The position numbers and the translations under genes are program-made. Source: Terriglobia bacterium (GTDB lineage Bacteria > Acidobacteriota > Terriglobia > 20CM-2-55-15). From it: 64,000 nucleotides of DNA. Under the pieces are notes generated by a model that was given only the letters and a program-made list of their open reading frames with translations, ran no database searches and was not told the origin of the DNA. The first letter of the stretch is position 1. Each line of letters opens with the position of its first letter. Location of the stretch: positions 64,001 through 128,000 of the forward strand of contig CBDCLE010000004.1 of NCBI GenBank assembly GCA_965218585.1, read 5' to 3'. This document shows positions 35,649 to 44,674 of the stretch, piece after piece.

Positions 35649-36503
35649 CTACGCGCTCGCGCCGCTGACAACCTCGATGATTTCACGCGTAATAGCCGCC
35701 TGCCGAATTCGATTCATGTTCAGCGTTAGGCTCTCGATCATCTCACCCGCGTTGCGGGCAGCCGTGTCCATCGCAGCCATTCGAGCGCCGTGTTCCGACG
35801 CTGCCGATTCGAGCAGAGCGCGGTGGACCTGTATGTCGACAAACTGCGGAAGCAGCCGGTCGAATATGGCCTGCGGAGGTTGCTCGTAAATGTAGTCGCC
35901 GCCATTGGCATCATCACCATCGAGTTCGGTTCCACTCAGCGGCAAGAGCGGCTCGACGACCAGTCGCTGCTGGATGACGGACTTGAACTCGTTGTATGCC
36001 AGGTAGACGCTGTCGATTTCCGCGCCGCCGTAGAGCTCAACGATACGTTCTCCGATCGTGCGCGCGTGTTTGAAGTCGAGTTGGGAAAAAATGCCGATGT
36101 GCTCTTCGAAGATCGAGGTGGCTCGACTCCGGAAGTAGTCGCGCCCCTTGCGACCAACAGTCATCAGCTGCACTTCCTGTTCCGGATGCGACCTTGTGAA
36201 GTCCTGGGCCGAACGGGAAATATTCGTGTTGAACGCACCGCACAGCCCGCGGTCTGCCGTAACAAGGACCAGCAGAATTCGTTTTTCGGGACGTAGTTCC
36301 AAGAGGGGGTGGCGTAAATTCTCGATGCGGGCCGAGAGGTCGGCGAGGACTGCCTTCAACTCATTCGCGTACGGGCGCGCAGCAAACACACGCTCCTGCG
36401 CGCGCCGAAGCTTCGCGGCAGAAACGGTTTTCATAGCGCGTGTGATCTGCTGGGTGTTCTTGACCGAGCGGATTCGTCGTCGGATGTCGAGAAGGTTCGG
36501 CAT
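35649..36503 (-). CDS. atpG: ATP synthase F1 gamma subunit
   Basis: ITRAMK, DRGLCG and RQAAITREI motifs. Confidence 0.98.
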   Translation of the reverse strand: MPNLLDIRRRIRSVKNTQQITRAMKTVSAAKLRRAQERVFAARPYANELKAVLADLSARIENLRHPLLELRPEKRILLVLVTADRGLCGAFNTNISRSAQDFTRSHPEQEVQLMTVGRKGRDYFRSRATSIFEEHIGIFSQLDFKHARTIGERIVELYGGAEIDSVYLAYNEFKSVIQQRLVVEPLLPLSGTELDGDDANGGDYIYEQPPQAIFDRLLPQFVDIQVHRALLESAASEHGARMAAMDTAARNAGEMIESLTLNMNRIRQAAITREIIEVVSGASA

Positions 36504-36516
36504 TCAGTCTTCGTCC

Positions 36517-38040
36517 TTACCGGGCCTCACGTTCCTGTTTGAACTTCTGCTTGGCTTCGTTGATTGCGCCTTCGAGCTCTGCACTCAGTTCGTCATCGAG
36601 AATCTTTTTCTCCGTGATGTTCTTGAGCACTTCCGGCTTACTTGTATCCAGAAAACGCAACAGTTCGGCTTCGAAATCCCCGAGATCGGCAACCTCGAGG
36701 TCATCGAGGAGGCCTTTGGTTCCGGCATAAATGATCGCAACCTGTTTAGCCACTGGAAGAGGCACGTACTGACCCTGCTTGAGAATTTCCGTGAGGCGTT
36801 CGCCGCGCGCCAACTGCGCCTGCGTAGCCTTGTCCAGATCGGACCCGAACTGCGCAAAGGCAGCCAGGTCGCGGTACTGAGCCAGATCCAGGCGGAGACT
36901 ACCGGCAATCTGCCGCATTGCCTTGATCTGGGCGCTTCCACCCACGCGTGAAACCGACAGACCGACGTTGACGGCGGGACGGATACCGGAGTGGAACAGA
37001 TCCGACTCCAGATAGATCTGTCCGTCGGTGATCGAAATGACGTTGGTCGGAATGTAAGCCGAAACATCACCCGCCTGGGTTTCGATGATGGGAAGGGCGG
37101 TTAGCGATCCGCCGCCGTTTTCGTCACTGAGCTTGGACGCGCGTTCGAGAAGTCTCGAGTGAAGATAGAACACGTCGCCCGGGTAGGCCTCACGTCCGGG
37201 AGGACGGCGGAGCAAGAGCGAAATCTCCCGGTAGGCCGCTGCGTGTTTTGAAAGGTCGTCGTAAATACACAGGACGTGGCGTCCCGTATCGCGGTAATAC
37301 TCACCAATAGCACAGCCTGAATAGGGCGCCAGAAACTGCATCGGTGCGGGGTCGCTGGCCGAAGCTGAAACGACAATCGAATAATCCATCGCGCCGGCTT
37401 CTTGAAGCGTTTTTACAACCTGCGCCACCGTCGATCTCTTCTGGCCGATCGCAACGTAGATACAGATGACGTCGAGGCCTTTCTGATTGATGATCGTGTC
37501 GATCGCAACGGCGGTCTTACCTGTCTGACGGTCACCGATGATCAACTCGCGCTGGCCGCGACCAATGGGAATCATCGAGTCGATCGGCTTGAGCCCTGTT
37601 TGTAGCGGCTCACCCACCGGTTGTCGATCGACAACTCCGGGAGCCAGCCGTTCGATCGGTTGCGTCTTGTCAGATGTGATCGCACCTTTACCGTCAATCG
37701 GCTCGGTGAGAGCGTTTACCACGCGGCCGGCCAGGGTCTCGCCGACAGGAACCTCTATGATGCGGCCCGTCCGCCGGACCTGATCGCCCTCTCGAATTTG
37801 GGTGAACTCACCCAGCAGAACCGCACCCACCTGAGATTCTTCCAGGTTCAGGGTGAGGCCCATCACGCCATGTGGAAACTCGAGCAGCTCTCCGGCCATG
37901 GCTTTTTCAAGTCCGTACACGCGCGCGATGCCGTCACCGACCGAGATCACGCTACCGACTTCACTGACCTCGAGCCCCGGACGGTATTCGTCGATCTGCT
38001 CTCGAATAATCTTGCTGATTTCTTCTGCCTTGATGTCCAT
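36517..38040 (-). CDS. atpA: ATP synthase F1 alpha subunit
   Basis: GDRQTGKT and [21 protein letters not shown] motifs. Confidence 0.99.
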   Translation of the reverse strand: MDIKAEEISKIIREQIDEYRPGLEVSEVGSVISVGDGIARVYGLEKAMAGELLEFPHGVMGLTLNLEESQVGAVLLGEFTQIREGDQVRRTGRIIEVPVGETLAGRVVNALTEPIDGKGAITSDKTQPIERLAPGVVDRQPVGEPLQTGLKPIDSMIPIGRGQRELIIGDRQTGKTAVAIDTIINQKGLDVICIYVAIGQKRSTVAQVVKTLQEAGAMDYSIVVSASASDPAPMQFLAPYSGCAIGEYYRDTGRHVLCIYDDLSKHAAAYREISLLLRRPPGREAYPGDVFYLHSRLLERASKLSDENGGGSLTALPIIETQAGDVSAYIPTNVISITDGQIYLESDLFHSGIRPAVNVGLSVSRVGGSAQIKAMRQIAGSLRLDLAQYRDLAAFAQFGSDLDKATQAQLARGERLTEILKQGQYVPLPVAKQVAIIYAGTKGLLDDLEVADLGDFEAELLRFLDTSKPEVLKNITEKKILDDELSAELEGAINEAKQKFKQEREAR

Positions 38041-38095
38041 GCGGCTCCCTGAATCAAAAGCTCAACCGAGCTTAGAAATAAAAAGTGTTATGACT

Positions 38096-38638
38096 TCAGT
38101 CTGCAAGCAGGCTTTCTTTGAAACCCGCCAGATGCTGAAGGAGCGATCCGTCATAGACCGTGCTGCCGATCCTAACGACCAGGCCACCGATCAATGAAGA
38201 GTCCTCTTCCACTTCCATAACAACGCGCTGTCCCAGTGACTTTTCTAGCTTGCCGATGACCTCCAGCTGCTGTGCCTCCGAGAGCGGGCCGGCGGAGGTG
38301 ACTATGGCCCGGACAATGCCGTTCCTGTCATCCAGCATCTTTCGGTATGCTTCGGTCAGATCATCCAGAATCTCAAGACGACGACGCTCGACGATCAACT
38401 TCAGCAACTTACCGACTCGCGGGTCCAGACCCAGAGCGCGGCTCATCTCGTCCACAAACCGGTCCCGGCGGTCGGGAGGTATCACGGGGTTTATCAGCAA
38501 CTTGCGGGCGTCCGGCTCTGTCTCCAGAAGCTCTCGGATCTGACCCAGCTGTTCCAGCCCGGCATCAGGGCCTACGGTGTTTTCCGCGCTCAGGGACTCG
38601 ATCAGAGCCCTCGCGTACCTGCTTGCTACTACTGTCAT
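38096..38638 (-). CDS. atpH: ATP synthase delta subunit
   Basis: ASRYARAL and LIGGLVVRIGSTVYDGS motifs. Confidence 0.95.
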   Translation of the reverse strand: MTVVASRYARALIESLSAENTVGPDAGLEQLGQIRELLETEPDARKLLINPVIPPDRRDRFVDEMSRALGLDPRVGKLLKLIVERRRLEILDDLTEAYRKMLDDRNGIVRAIVTSAGPLSEAQQLEVIGKLEKSLGQRVVMEVEEDSSLIGGLVVRIGSTVYDGSLLQHLAGFKESLLAD

Positions 38639-38647
38639 AGTAAATAT

Positions 38648-39271
38648 CTAGAGCTTATCTACGGCCCGCCGCACAATACGCCCGTGGTCGTCTCCGGTCA
38701 GTTTGGACCGTAGCTTCTCTTCGGCACTCCGGACGACCCCGTCGGCGATGTGCGAACGGATCTCCTGCTCCATCCCCCGAGCCACCCGCTGAACCTCGGC
38801 CCCGGACTGCTCGACGGCCCTGCCGGCCTCCGCCTTGGCATCGGCAACTATCCGCTCCCGTTCCGTGCGTGCCAACTCCTCCGCATCCGACTTTATGCCC
38901 GCCATCTCCGTTGACAGGCGGGACAGGCGGCCCTCGATGCCGGACATACGCTCGGCAGCATCCTTCTGAGCGGCGCGGGATTTCTGAAGCCCCCCCAGGA
39001 TCTCTTCCTTGCGTGCCTCGAAAAACGCCACTGCCGGTTCTCTCAGCAAATAACCCAGGCCACCGAAAAGAATGATGGCGTTTATCCAGCGCATGGCGAG
39101 GGCAAGTGGACCGCCCTCCTCTTCTTCGCCCTCTTCTCCTTCACCTTCCTCGGCTTCGGAAACTTCTTCGGTTTCGGCTTCCTGTGCCCGAGCAGTAAAC
39201 GAGGTGGGTGTCAGCCCAATCACCATAGCGAAGGCCAGTACACCGAAAATGGATAGCCAGTGGATTTTCAT
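38648..39271 (-). CDS. atpF: ATP synthase F0 subunit b
   Basis: TM (WINAIILFGGL) + coiled coil, with a signal-like/acidic N-terminal extension. Confidence 0.88.
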   Translation of the reverse strand: MKIHWLSIFGVLAFAMVIGLTPTSFTARAQEAETEEVSEAEEGEGEEGEEEEGGPLALAMRWINAIILFGGLGYLLREPAVAFFEARKEEILGGLQKSRAAQKDAAERMSGIEGRLSRLSTEMAGIKSDAEELARTERERIVADAKAEAGRAVEQSGAEVQRVARGMEQEIRSHIADGVVRSAEEKLRSKLTGDDHGRIVRRAVDKL

Positions 39272-39279
39272 TCTGGTCT

Positions 39280-39699
39280 TCAGCCTTCGAGAAGCGTTTC
39301 AGTGAGGCGCGACGCAAGGGCATCGATTTCGCCTTCGAGTTTCTTTCGGGCTTCTTCGGTTTCGGCTCCCAGTCGCGCCCTCGCATCCGCGATGATCTGG
39401 TCCGCTTCGCGTCGGGCCTCGCCGAGCAGTCGCGCGCGTTCCTCAAGAGCCTCCTCACGAATGGCTTCCTGGTGCTTGTACGCTTCCGCCCGAGCCTCAC
39501 GAACCGCCGACTCGTATTCGGCGGTCTTTTTCTCTACTTCTTCAATGCGACGCGCTGCTTCCTCGAGGCTGCCTTCCATTGCCTGGCGGCGTTCGGCCAG
39601 AATCCGGGTCACCGGCCCAAAAAAAAACTTGGAAAGAAACACGTATAAGATGGCGACATAGATGATCGTTACGAGGATGGAAAGGTCCAGATCAATCAT
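39280..39699 (-). CDS. ATP synthase F0 subunit b'
   Basis: TM + FFGPVTRILAERR coiled coil; first gene of the operon. Confidence 0.88.
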   Translation of the reverse strand: MIDLDLSILVTIIYVAILYVFLSKFFFGPVTRILAERRQAMEGSLEEAARRIEEVEKKTAEYESAVREARAEAYKHQEAIREEALEERARLLGEARREADQIIADARARLGAETEEARKKLEGEIDALASRLTETLLEG

Positions 39700-39758
39700 C
39701 GTTTTATACTGGAAGGAAGCGCGAAATTACCCGAGACACCATTGACAACAAACGAGTT

Positions 39759-39787
39759 AAAGTAGCACCGCCATTATGGGGTGTCAA
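39759..39787 (-). promoter_or_regulatory. Sigma-70 promoter of the atp operon
   Basis: TTGACA-17 nt-TACTTT with extended -10 TG, 60 nt upstream of the b' start. Confidence 0.65.
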
Positions 39788-39844
39788 GGCCCTCGGGAGG
39801 CAGGTAGTGCGGGATTAGCGTGTGCTGCCCCTGTGTAGTTAGGT

Positions 39845-40117
39845 TTAGGGTTGCGTGGCAGACTCAACAACGGGGCCTACGACGAACCCGTCGTGTTCAA
39901 TGGTCCAGCCAAGATTCCGAAGGACGCTAAACATCTTATTCGGCCCAATTCTTTCCGTGCTCAGAATCTTTCGTAGATGGTCAGGATTAAGCCCCGCCTC
40001 TTCAGCGAATGTGCCTTGATTTCCCCGTCCGCGTACCTCTGATTCTTCTTGCAACCGCGCAATGAAGACAGCGGTCAGAGCATCCGCCAGAGATAGGGAT
40101 GGGGCATGGCTAGACAT
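39845..40117 (-). CDS. Small XRE/Cro-like HTH protein (transposon cargo)
   Basis: QGTFAEEAGLNPDHLRKIL resembles an XRE helix-turn-helix. Confidence 0.55.
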   Translation of the reverse strand: MSSHAPSLSLADALTAVFIARLQEESEVRGRGNQGTFAEEAGLNPDHLRKILSTERIGPNKMFSVLRNLGWTIEHDGFVVGPVVESATQP

Positions 40118-40402
40118 TTGTGTAAGCTTTTACACAAACTATGAATTGGAGTGTGGGGCCTCAAATCTCCACATACCATATATTCAATAGTTATTGTGGC
40201 GACCATATAGCATTGGACCAGATATGTCTATTTGTGTATTACTATACACAGATAGAGAGCAGTGCGACTGTTACTCTCTTCTTGACGGCATGACGACCAA
40301 TGATTACAATGAGCGATTCCACCGTGCGGGGCCCCCTCTCGTCCCTGTACAATGGTTATTGGGGCAGTTTTTCCTTTCTTCTGCCTTATCTGGGGTGATT
40401 CA

Positions 40403-41173
40403 ATGGCAACAGTCGGCAATGAAGCCCGCCTGAGGCAGGCAGATCCAACTCTGCCCGCCCGCGAGCGGTTGATCGTTGCGCTCGATTTTAACAACCGCGA
40501 CGATGCGCTGGGGCTTGTTGATAAGCTTCAAGGCGAGGTGGAAACCTATAAAGTAGGCTACGAACTCTTTATCTCTGAAGGGCCGCAGATCATTGTGAGT
40601 CTCGTACAGCACCAGAAGAAAGTGTTTCTCGATCTCAAGATGGATGATATTGGTGTCACCATGTCGCGGGCTGTGACTGCAATCAAGACTCTCGGGGTTT
40701 CTTTTCTGACGCTGAAGGGTAATGGAGCGACTGCAAGAGCGGCACGTGAAGGGCGTGGGGCTGGCCCGCCACCGCTTTTCTTGCAGGTCACGTACTTGTC
40801 GAGTCAAGATGAAGCGGACCTGCACGATGAGTATGGTGCGAATATCCCGCTGCAGCAGTTCATCAGGATTCGGGCAGAAAAGATTCTTGAGGCGGGCTGC
40901 GATGGCGTAATCGCTTCAGGTGCAAGCGTTGGGGATCTTCGAGGTTATTTGGATGGCCGCGTTGCTCGGGTGAAGACGCCAACAATCGTTGTTCCTGGTA
41001 TCAGGCCGGAGTGGGCAGAGCCGGACGACCATAAGAGATTCTTGACGCCAACGGATGCCATTCATACCGGTGCCGACTACTTAGTTGTGGGACGGCCGAT
41101 CAGGCATGCATCCGATCCAGCTGATGCAGCCCATCGAATCATCGACGAAATACATAGCGCATCTAACGTATAA
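40403..41173 (+). CDS. pyrF: Orotidine-5'-phosphate decarboxylase, divergent (transposon cargo)
   Basis: LIVALD, YKVG, FLDLKMDDI (DxKxxD), PGIRP and GADYLVVGRPI; ATG 40403 follows GGGGTGA. Confidence 0.88.
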   Translation: MATVGNEARLRQADPTLPARERLIVALDFNNRDDALGLVDKLQGEVETYKVGYELFISEGPQIIVSLVQHQKKVFLDLKMDDIGVTMSRAVTAIKTLGVSFLTLKGNGATARAAREGRGAGPPPLFLQVTYLSSQDEADLHDEYGANIPLQQFIRIRAEKILEAGCDGVIASGASVGDLRGYLDGRVARVKTPTIVVPGIRPEWAEPDDHKRFLTPTDAIHTGADYLVVGRPIRHASDPADAAHRIIDEIHSASNV

Positions 41174-41177
41174 AGTT

Positions 41178-41270
41178 TGACGGAGGGGACGGGATTCGAA
41201 CCCGCGAACTGTGGTATCAGCACAGCGCCCGATCCTAAGTCGGGTCGTTTCACCTGACAACAGCCCCTCC
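41178..41270 (-). tRNA. Atypical class II tRNA, anticodon TAG (Leu), with Ser-like acceptor stem and G73
   Basis: Acceptor GGAGGGG/CCCCTCC; anticodon arm CCCGA-CTTAGGA-TCGGG; V-arm CTGTG/CACAG; T-arm GCGGG-TTCGAAT-CCCGT; 3' end G-TCA. Confidence 0.85.
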
Positions 41271-41331
41271 GTCAATTCCCCACCCTACCCACTCCGCAGT
41301 CACATCCGGTCCATAACTCTCAACTAATAAC

Positions 41332-41360
41332 TTGCATACGGGCGTATCATATGATACATT
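41332..41360 (+). promoter_or_regulatory. Sigma-70 promoter with overlapping palindromic operator
   Basis: TTGCAT-17 nt-TACATT, with ATG 6 nt downstream (leaderless). Palindromes ATACG-GG-CGTAT and GTATCATATGATAC overlap the spacer. Confidence 0.65.
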
Positions 41361-41366
41361 ACATAA

Positions 41367-41531
41367 ATGACGACAAAGACTATTAACCTTCGGGACATGC
41401 CAGAAGATCTAGTGAGGAAAGCCAAGGCACACGCGGCACTAGAGGGAATCAGCCTGAAGGCTCTCGTCATTCAGGCCCTAGACCAGGTTGTCCGAGAGGA
41501 AAAGACAGGAAAGAAGATTAAAGAGAAATAG
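41367..41531 (+). CDS. 54-aa ribbon-helix-helix (Arc/CopG-like) protein, below the ORF-track cutoff
   Basis: MTTKTINLRDMPEDLVRKAKAHAALEGISLKALVIQALDQVV...; alternating beta-strand followed by two helices. Confidence 0.8.
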   Translation: MTTKTINLRDMPEDLVRKAKAHAALEGISLKALVIQALDQVVREEKTGKKIKEK

Positions 41532-41956
41532 ATCGGCCCTGCCCGGTGCGACTAACACCAGACAGGGCCTAACTAACTCACGCGATAGAGCCGCATGAGC
41601 CAGCCATCAAACTCATTGTGAACCTGTCCGCGTGGAAAGGCAAGGTTCACAATGACCTGCATCCACTGCCAGCACGACCGAGTTAGAAAGTCCGGCACCT
41701 ACGGTAAGAAACGCATCCAGCGTTACCGTTGCACGTTCTGCGATAAGACCTTCTCAGAAGCCCAAGAAAAGCCTCTCGGAAAGCTCCGTATATCAGTCGA
41801 GAAAGCCGTCCAGATCGTCAATTGCCTCGTCGAAGGTTGCGGTATCCGTGCCACTTCGAGATTGTGTGACGTAGACGCAAAGACGGTTCTTGCCGTACTT
41901 GAGTTGGCCGGAGAACGATGCCAACGGCTCATGGACCGAAAGTTGTACGGCATCAA

Positions 41957-42995
41957 TCGCTTTGACAACGTAAAAAGAGCCCACCCCCGGGTTAATGGTT
42001 TGTAAGTAAATCCGCCGTCGGGGTTGCGGGAAGTGTGGAAGCCGAAAGCTTCCAAGCCGCGGTGGTAACGCGCCGGCTTTGCAGCGGGTTTCCACGGTGG
42101 CGACACTTTCCACAGCCGCTCGCTCGCGTGTGTTTCACGCGGAACCTTGGGCGGACCGGGGTTTCTTCTTCCGTTTGCCCGCGGCACCGAGACTCTCGGT
42201 GAAGCGGATACTTTCCCAATCGAACTGATGAATCGCACAGTGATGGGTCAATCGGTCCAGCAGGGCCGCGGTCAGGGCGGCATCGCCGAACACGCTGGTC
42301 CACTGCGCAAACGGCAGGTTCGACGTCACGATGAGGGAACCCTTTTCGTACCGGTCCGAGAAGACCTGAAACAGCAACTGGGCACCCTCGGCCGAGAACG
42401 GGATATAGCCGACCTCGTCGACGATGAGCAGCTCGAAGCGGGACAACTTCGCCAGTTGCCGCTTCAACTGTCGCTCCTCACGGGACTCGATCAGCGTATT
42501 GACCCGCCCCGCGGCCGTGGTGAACCCGACGCGGTAGCCCCTCCGGCAGGCTTCCACGCCCAGCACCGTCGCGGCGTGGGTCTTGCCGGTGCCGTGCTTG
42601 CCCAACAGCACGACGTTCTCGCACCGGGTGATGGTGTCGCACTCGGCCGGCTGCTCCCGATCGGCCCGCAGCCAGCCCTCCACGATCCCGGCCACCGGGT
42701 CCATCACCGGACAGGCCGGCTCCTTCTCCCGCCGATACTTCGGCTCCTGGCCGGCCAATACTTTCCGGACCGTCCGTCTCGTGTGCCCGGTCTCCCGGGC
42801 GATCTGTCGAATGCTTTTCTTGTAAACTCGATGTGCGGTCCTGACCATCTCGTACTGATCCATCCCTAACAACTCCTTATCCTCCCTCCGCCATGCCGGT
42901 TCATCCAGGCACTCGCCGGGGGAGGCTATCAGGGTGGGTCCTTTTTCCTCGATCAGAACCCCGTTTGGTGGGTCCTTTTTACGTTATCGAAATCA
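41957..42995 (-). mobile_element. Internally deleted IS21-family element (1039 bp)
   Basis: IRs ..AACGTAAAAAG..CCCACC at both ends with an internal repeat; 5-bp TSD ATCAA at 41952-41956 and 42996-43000. Confidence 0.9.
42135..42872 (-). CDS. In-frame IstA(HTH)::IstB(AAA+) deletion fusion
   Basis: SIRQIARETGHTRRTVRK...EQPA is joined to ECDTITRCENVVLLGKHGTGKT...LIVDEVGY...ALLDRLTHH. Confidence 0.85.
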   Translation of the reverse strand: MLGMDQYEMVRTAHRVYKKSIRQIARETGHTRRTVRKVLAGQEPKYRREKEPACPVMDPVAGIVEGWLRADREQPAECDTITRCENVVLLGKHGTGKTHAATVLGVEACRRGYRVGFTTAAGRVNTLIESREERQLKRQLAKLSRFELLIVDEVGYIPFSAEGAQLLFQVFSDRYEKGSLIVTSNLPFAQWTSVFGDAALTAALLDRLTHHCAIHQFDWESIRFTESLGAAGKRKKKPRSAQGSA

Positions 42996-43082
42996 ATCAA
43001 TGCACAGCAGATCCAGTGCGACGAAATTTGGACTTTTGTTCAGAAGAAAGAAAGGCGCATTAAACCTTGGGAGAATGGCAAT

Positions 43083-44447
43083 GAGGTCGTTCCAATCGGT
43101 GTGTAAAAAGAGAAGGCGGTGTACGCTTTCGGTGAATTCGAAACCGTAAGCAATCCCGGCAGCAATCGGGAGAAAGGTACACCACCCATGAAGAAGAAGA
43201 ACATACCGGCATCAGTGGCGTCAACGAACGCGTATGAAGGTTTGGAGGACTGGGCGCGATCCCGGGTCCAAGTCTGGCTACAGGAGCTGCTCGAGGACGA
43301 AGTCACTCAATTTCTGGGTCGGGAAAAGTCGGAGCGGAGTCCGAATCGACGAGGATACCGGAACGGTCACGGGAAACCGCGACGCTTCGCAATGATGAAC
43401 GGTACGATGGAGGTTCGACGACCTCGGGTTCGAAACACCGCCGAGCGGTTCGAGAGTCAGATCCTGCCGTATTTTCGACGGAAATCGAAACAGCTGGGCG
43501 AGCTACTTCCCGATCTCTACCTCCACGGTCTGGCCACAGGGGACTTCGAGCAGGCCATGCGCGGACTGCTTGGCGCTGGCGCTCCGTTGTCGCGAGCATC
43601 GATCCAACGACTGAAATCGACCTGGCAGTTGGAGTATGACGAGTGGGTCCAGCAGGACCTGTCCGGCCTCGAGGTCGTGTACCAGTGGGCAGACGGCTTG
43701 TACGTGAAAGCGGGGATCGCGAAAGAGCGAGCGGCATTGCTGGTGATCATCGGAGCCTTGTCAGACGGGCGCAAAGTGCTGTTGGCCTGTGAGAGCGGGC
43801 AGCGGGAAAGCAAGGAGTCCTGGAGCCGCATTCTGCGCAATCTCCAGAGACGGGGCCTGAAGCTGGGACGGCTGACTGTCGCGGACGGTCACCTGGGCAT
43901 CTGGTCCGCGCTGGCCGAGCAACAGCCCCAGGGCCAGGAACAACGCTGCTGGAACCACAAGTCGATCAACGTGGTCGATCATCTGCCGAAGACCGAGCAG
44001 CCCGCGGCCAGACAGCTGCTTCATGGGATGGCCTTCGCGAACTCCCGCGCGGCCTGCGAACGAAAGCGGGATCAGTTCGTCCGCCGATATGAGAAGAACT
44101 ATCCCAAAGCGGGTGAGACGCTGTTGCGGGACTGGGACCGGATGATTACTTTCTATGAGTTCCCGAAACAACACTGGGTGCATCTGAGAACAACCAACAT
44201 CGTCGAATCGCCCTTCGACATGGTTCGCCTCCGCACCAACGCCGCTCGCCGATTCAAGCGTGTCGAGAATGCAACGGCAATGATCTGGAAGCTACTACGT
44301 GTCGCTGAGAAGGCTTGGCGACACTTAAAAGGATCCGAACTCTTACAAGAGGTCTATGATGGTCAGCAATTCGCTGACGGCATCAGAGTCGTGATGAAAT
44401 CGAAGGCCGCCGCCTGATGACTTTTACACACCTTTTGTAATAACCTC
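43083..44447 (+). mobile_element. IS256-family element, complete second copy
   Basis: Near-identical to 15372-16736; 8-bp TSD ATGGCAAT at 43075-43082 and 44448-44455. Confidence 0.95.
43188..44417 (+). CDS. IS256-family transposase
   Basis: Protein identical to the other full copy. Confidence 0.93.
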   Translation: MKKKNIPASVASTNAYEGLEDWARSRVQVWLQELLEDEVTQFLGREKSERSPNRRGYRNGHGKPRRFAMMNGTMEVRRPRVRNTAERFESQILPYFRRKSKQLGELLPDLYLHGLATGDFEQAMRGLLGAGAPLSRASIQRLKSTWQLEYDEWVQQDLSGLEVVYQWADGLYVKAGIAKERAALLVIIGALSDGRKVLLACESGQRESKESWSRILRNLQRRGLKLGRLTVADGHLGIWSALAEQQPQGQEQRCWNHKSINVVDHLPKTEQPAARQLLHGMAFANSRAACERKRDQFVRRYEKNYPKAGETLLRDWDRMITFYEFPKQHWVHLRTTNIVESPFDMVRLRTNAARRFKRVENATAMIWKLLRVAEKAWRHLKGSELLQEVYDGQQFADGIRVVMKSKAAA

Positions 44448-44674
44448 ATGGCAATGAGATCGGAAGCCAGTACGTTTTCGTGGCGTTTGACCGTGACTCG
44501 AAACTCGCTATCAACCACACGATAGGAAAGCGTAGCCCAGCTACAACCCGTCAATTCGTGGGTGACCTGAAACGCCGTGTCAGTGGGAGGGTGCAAATCA
44601 GCACAGACGGATTTGGAGCTTATCTTGGCGCAATCGAGGATACGTTCGGGGCCAACGTCGATTACGCTCAACTA

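Noticed and set aside
41178-41270. The tRNA as tRNA-Sec (selC) or as an integration att site
   Set aside because: The anticodon is TAG, not TCA, and the acceptor stem is 7 bp. There is no duplicated 3' fragment or integrase, and the element boundaries are explained by IS1-type IRs and TSD.
42131-42146. parS-like TGTTTCACGCGGAACC
   Set aside because: It is an imperfect palindrome inside the IS21 remnant; the perfect parS is at 51987.
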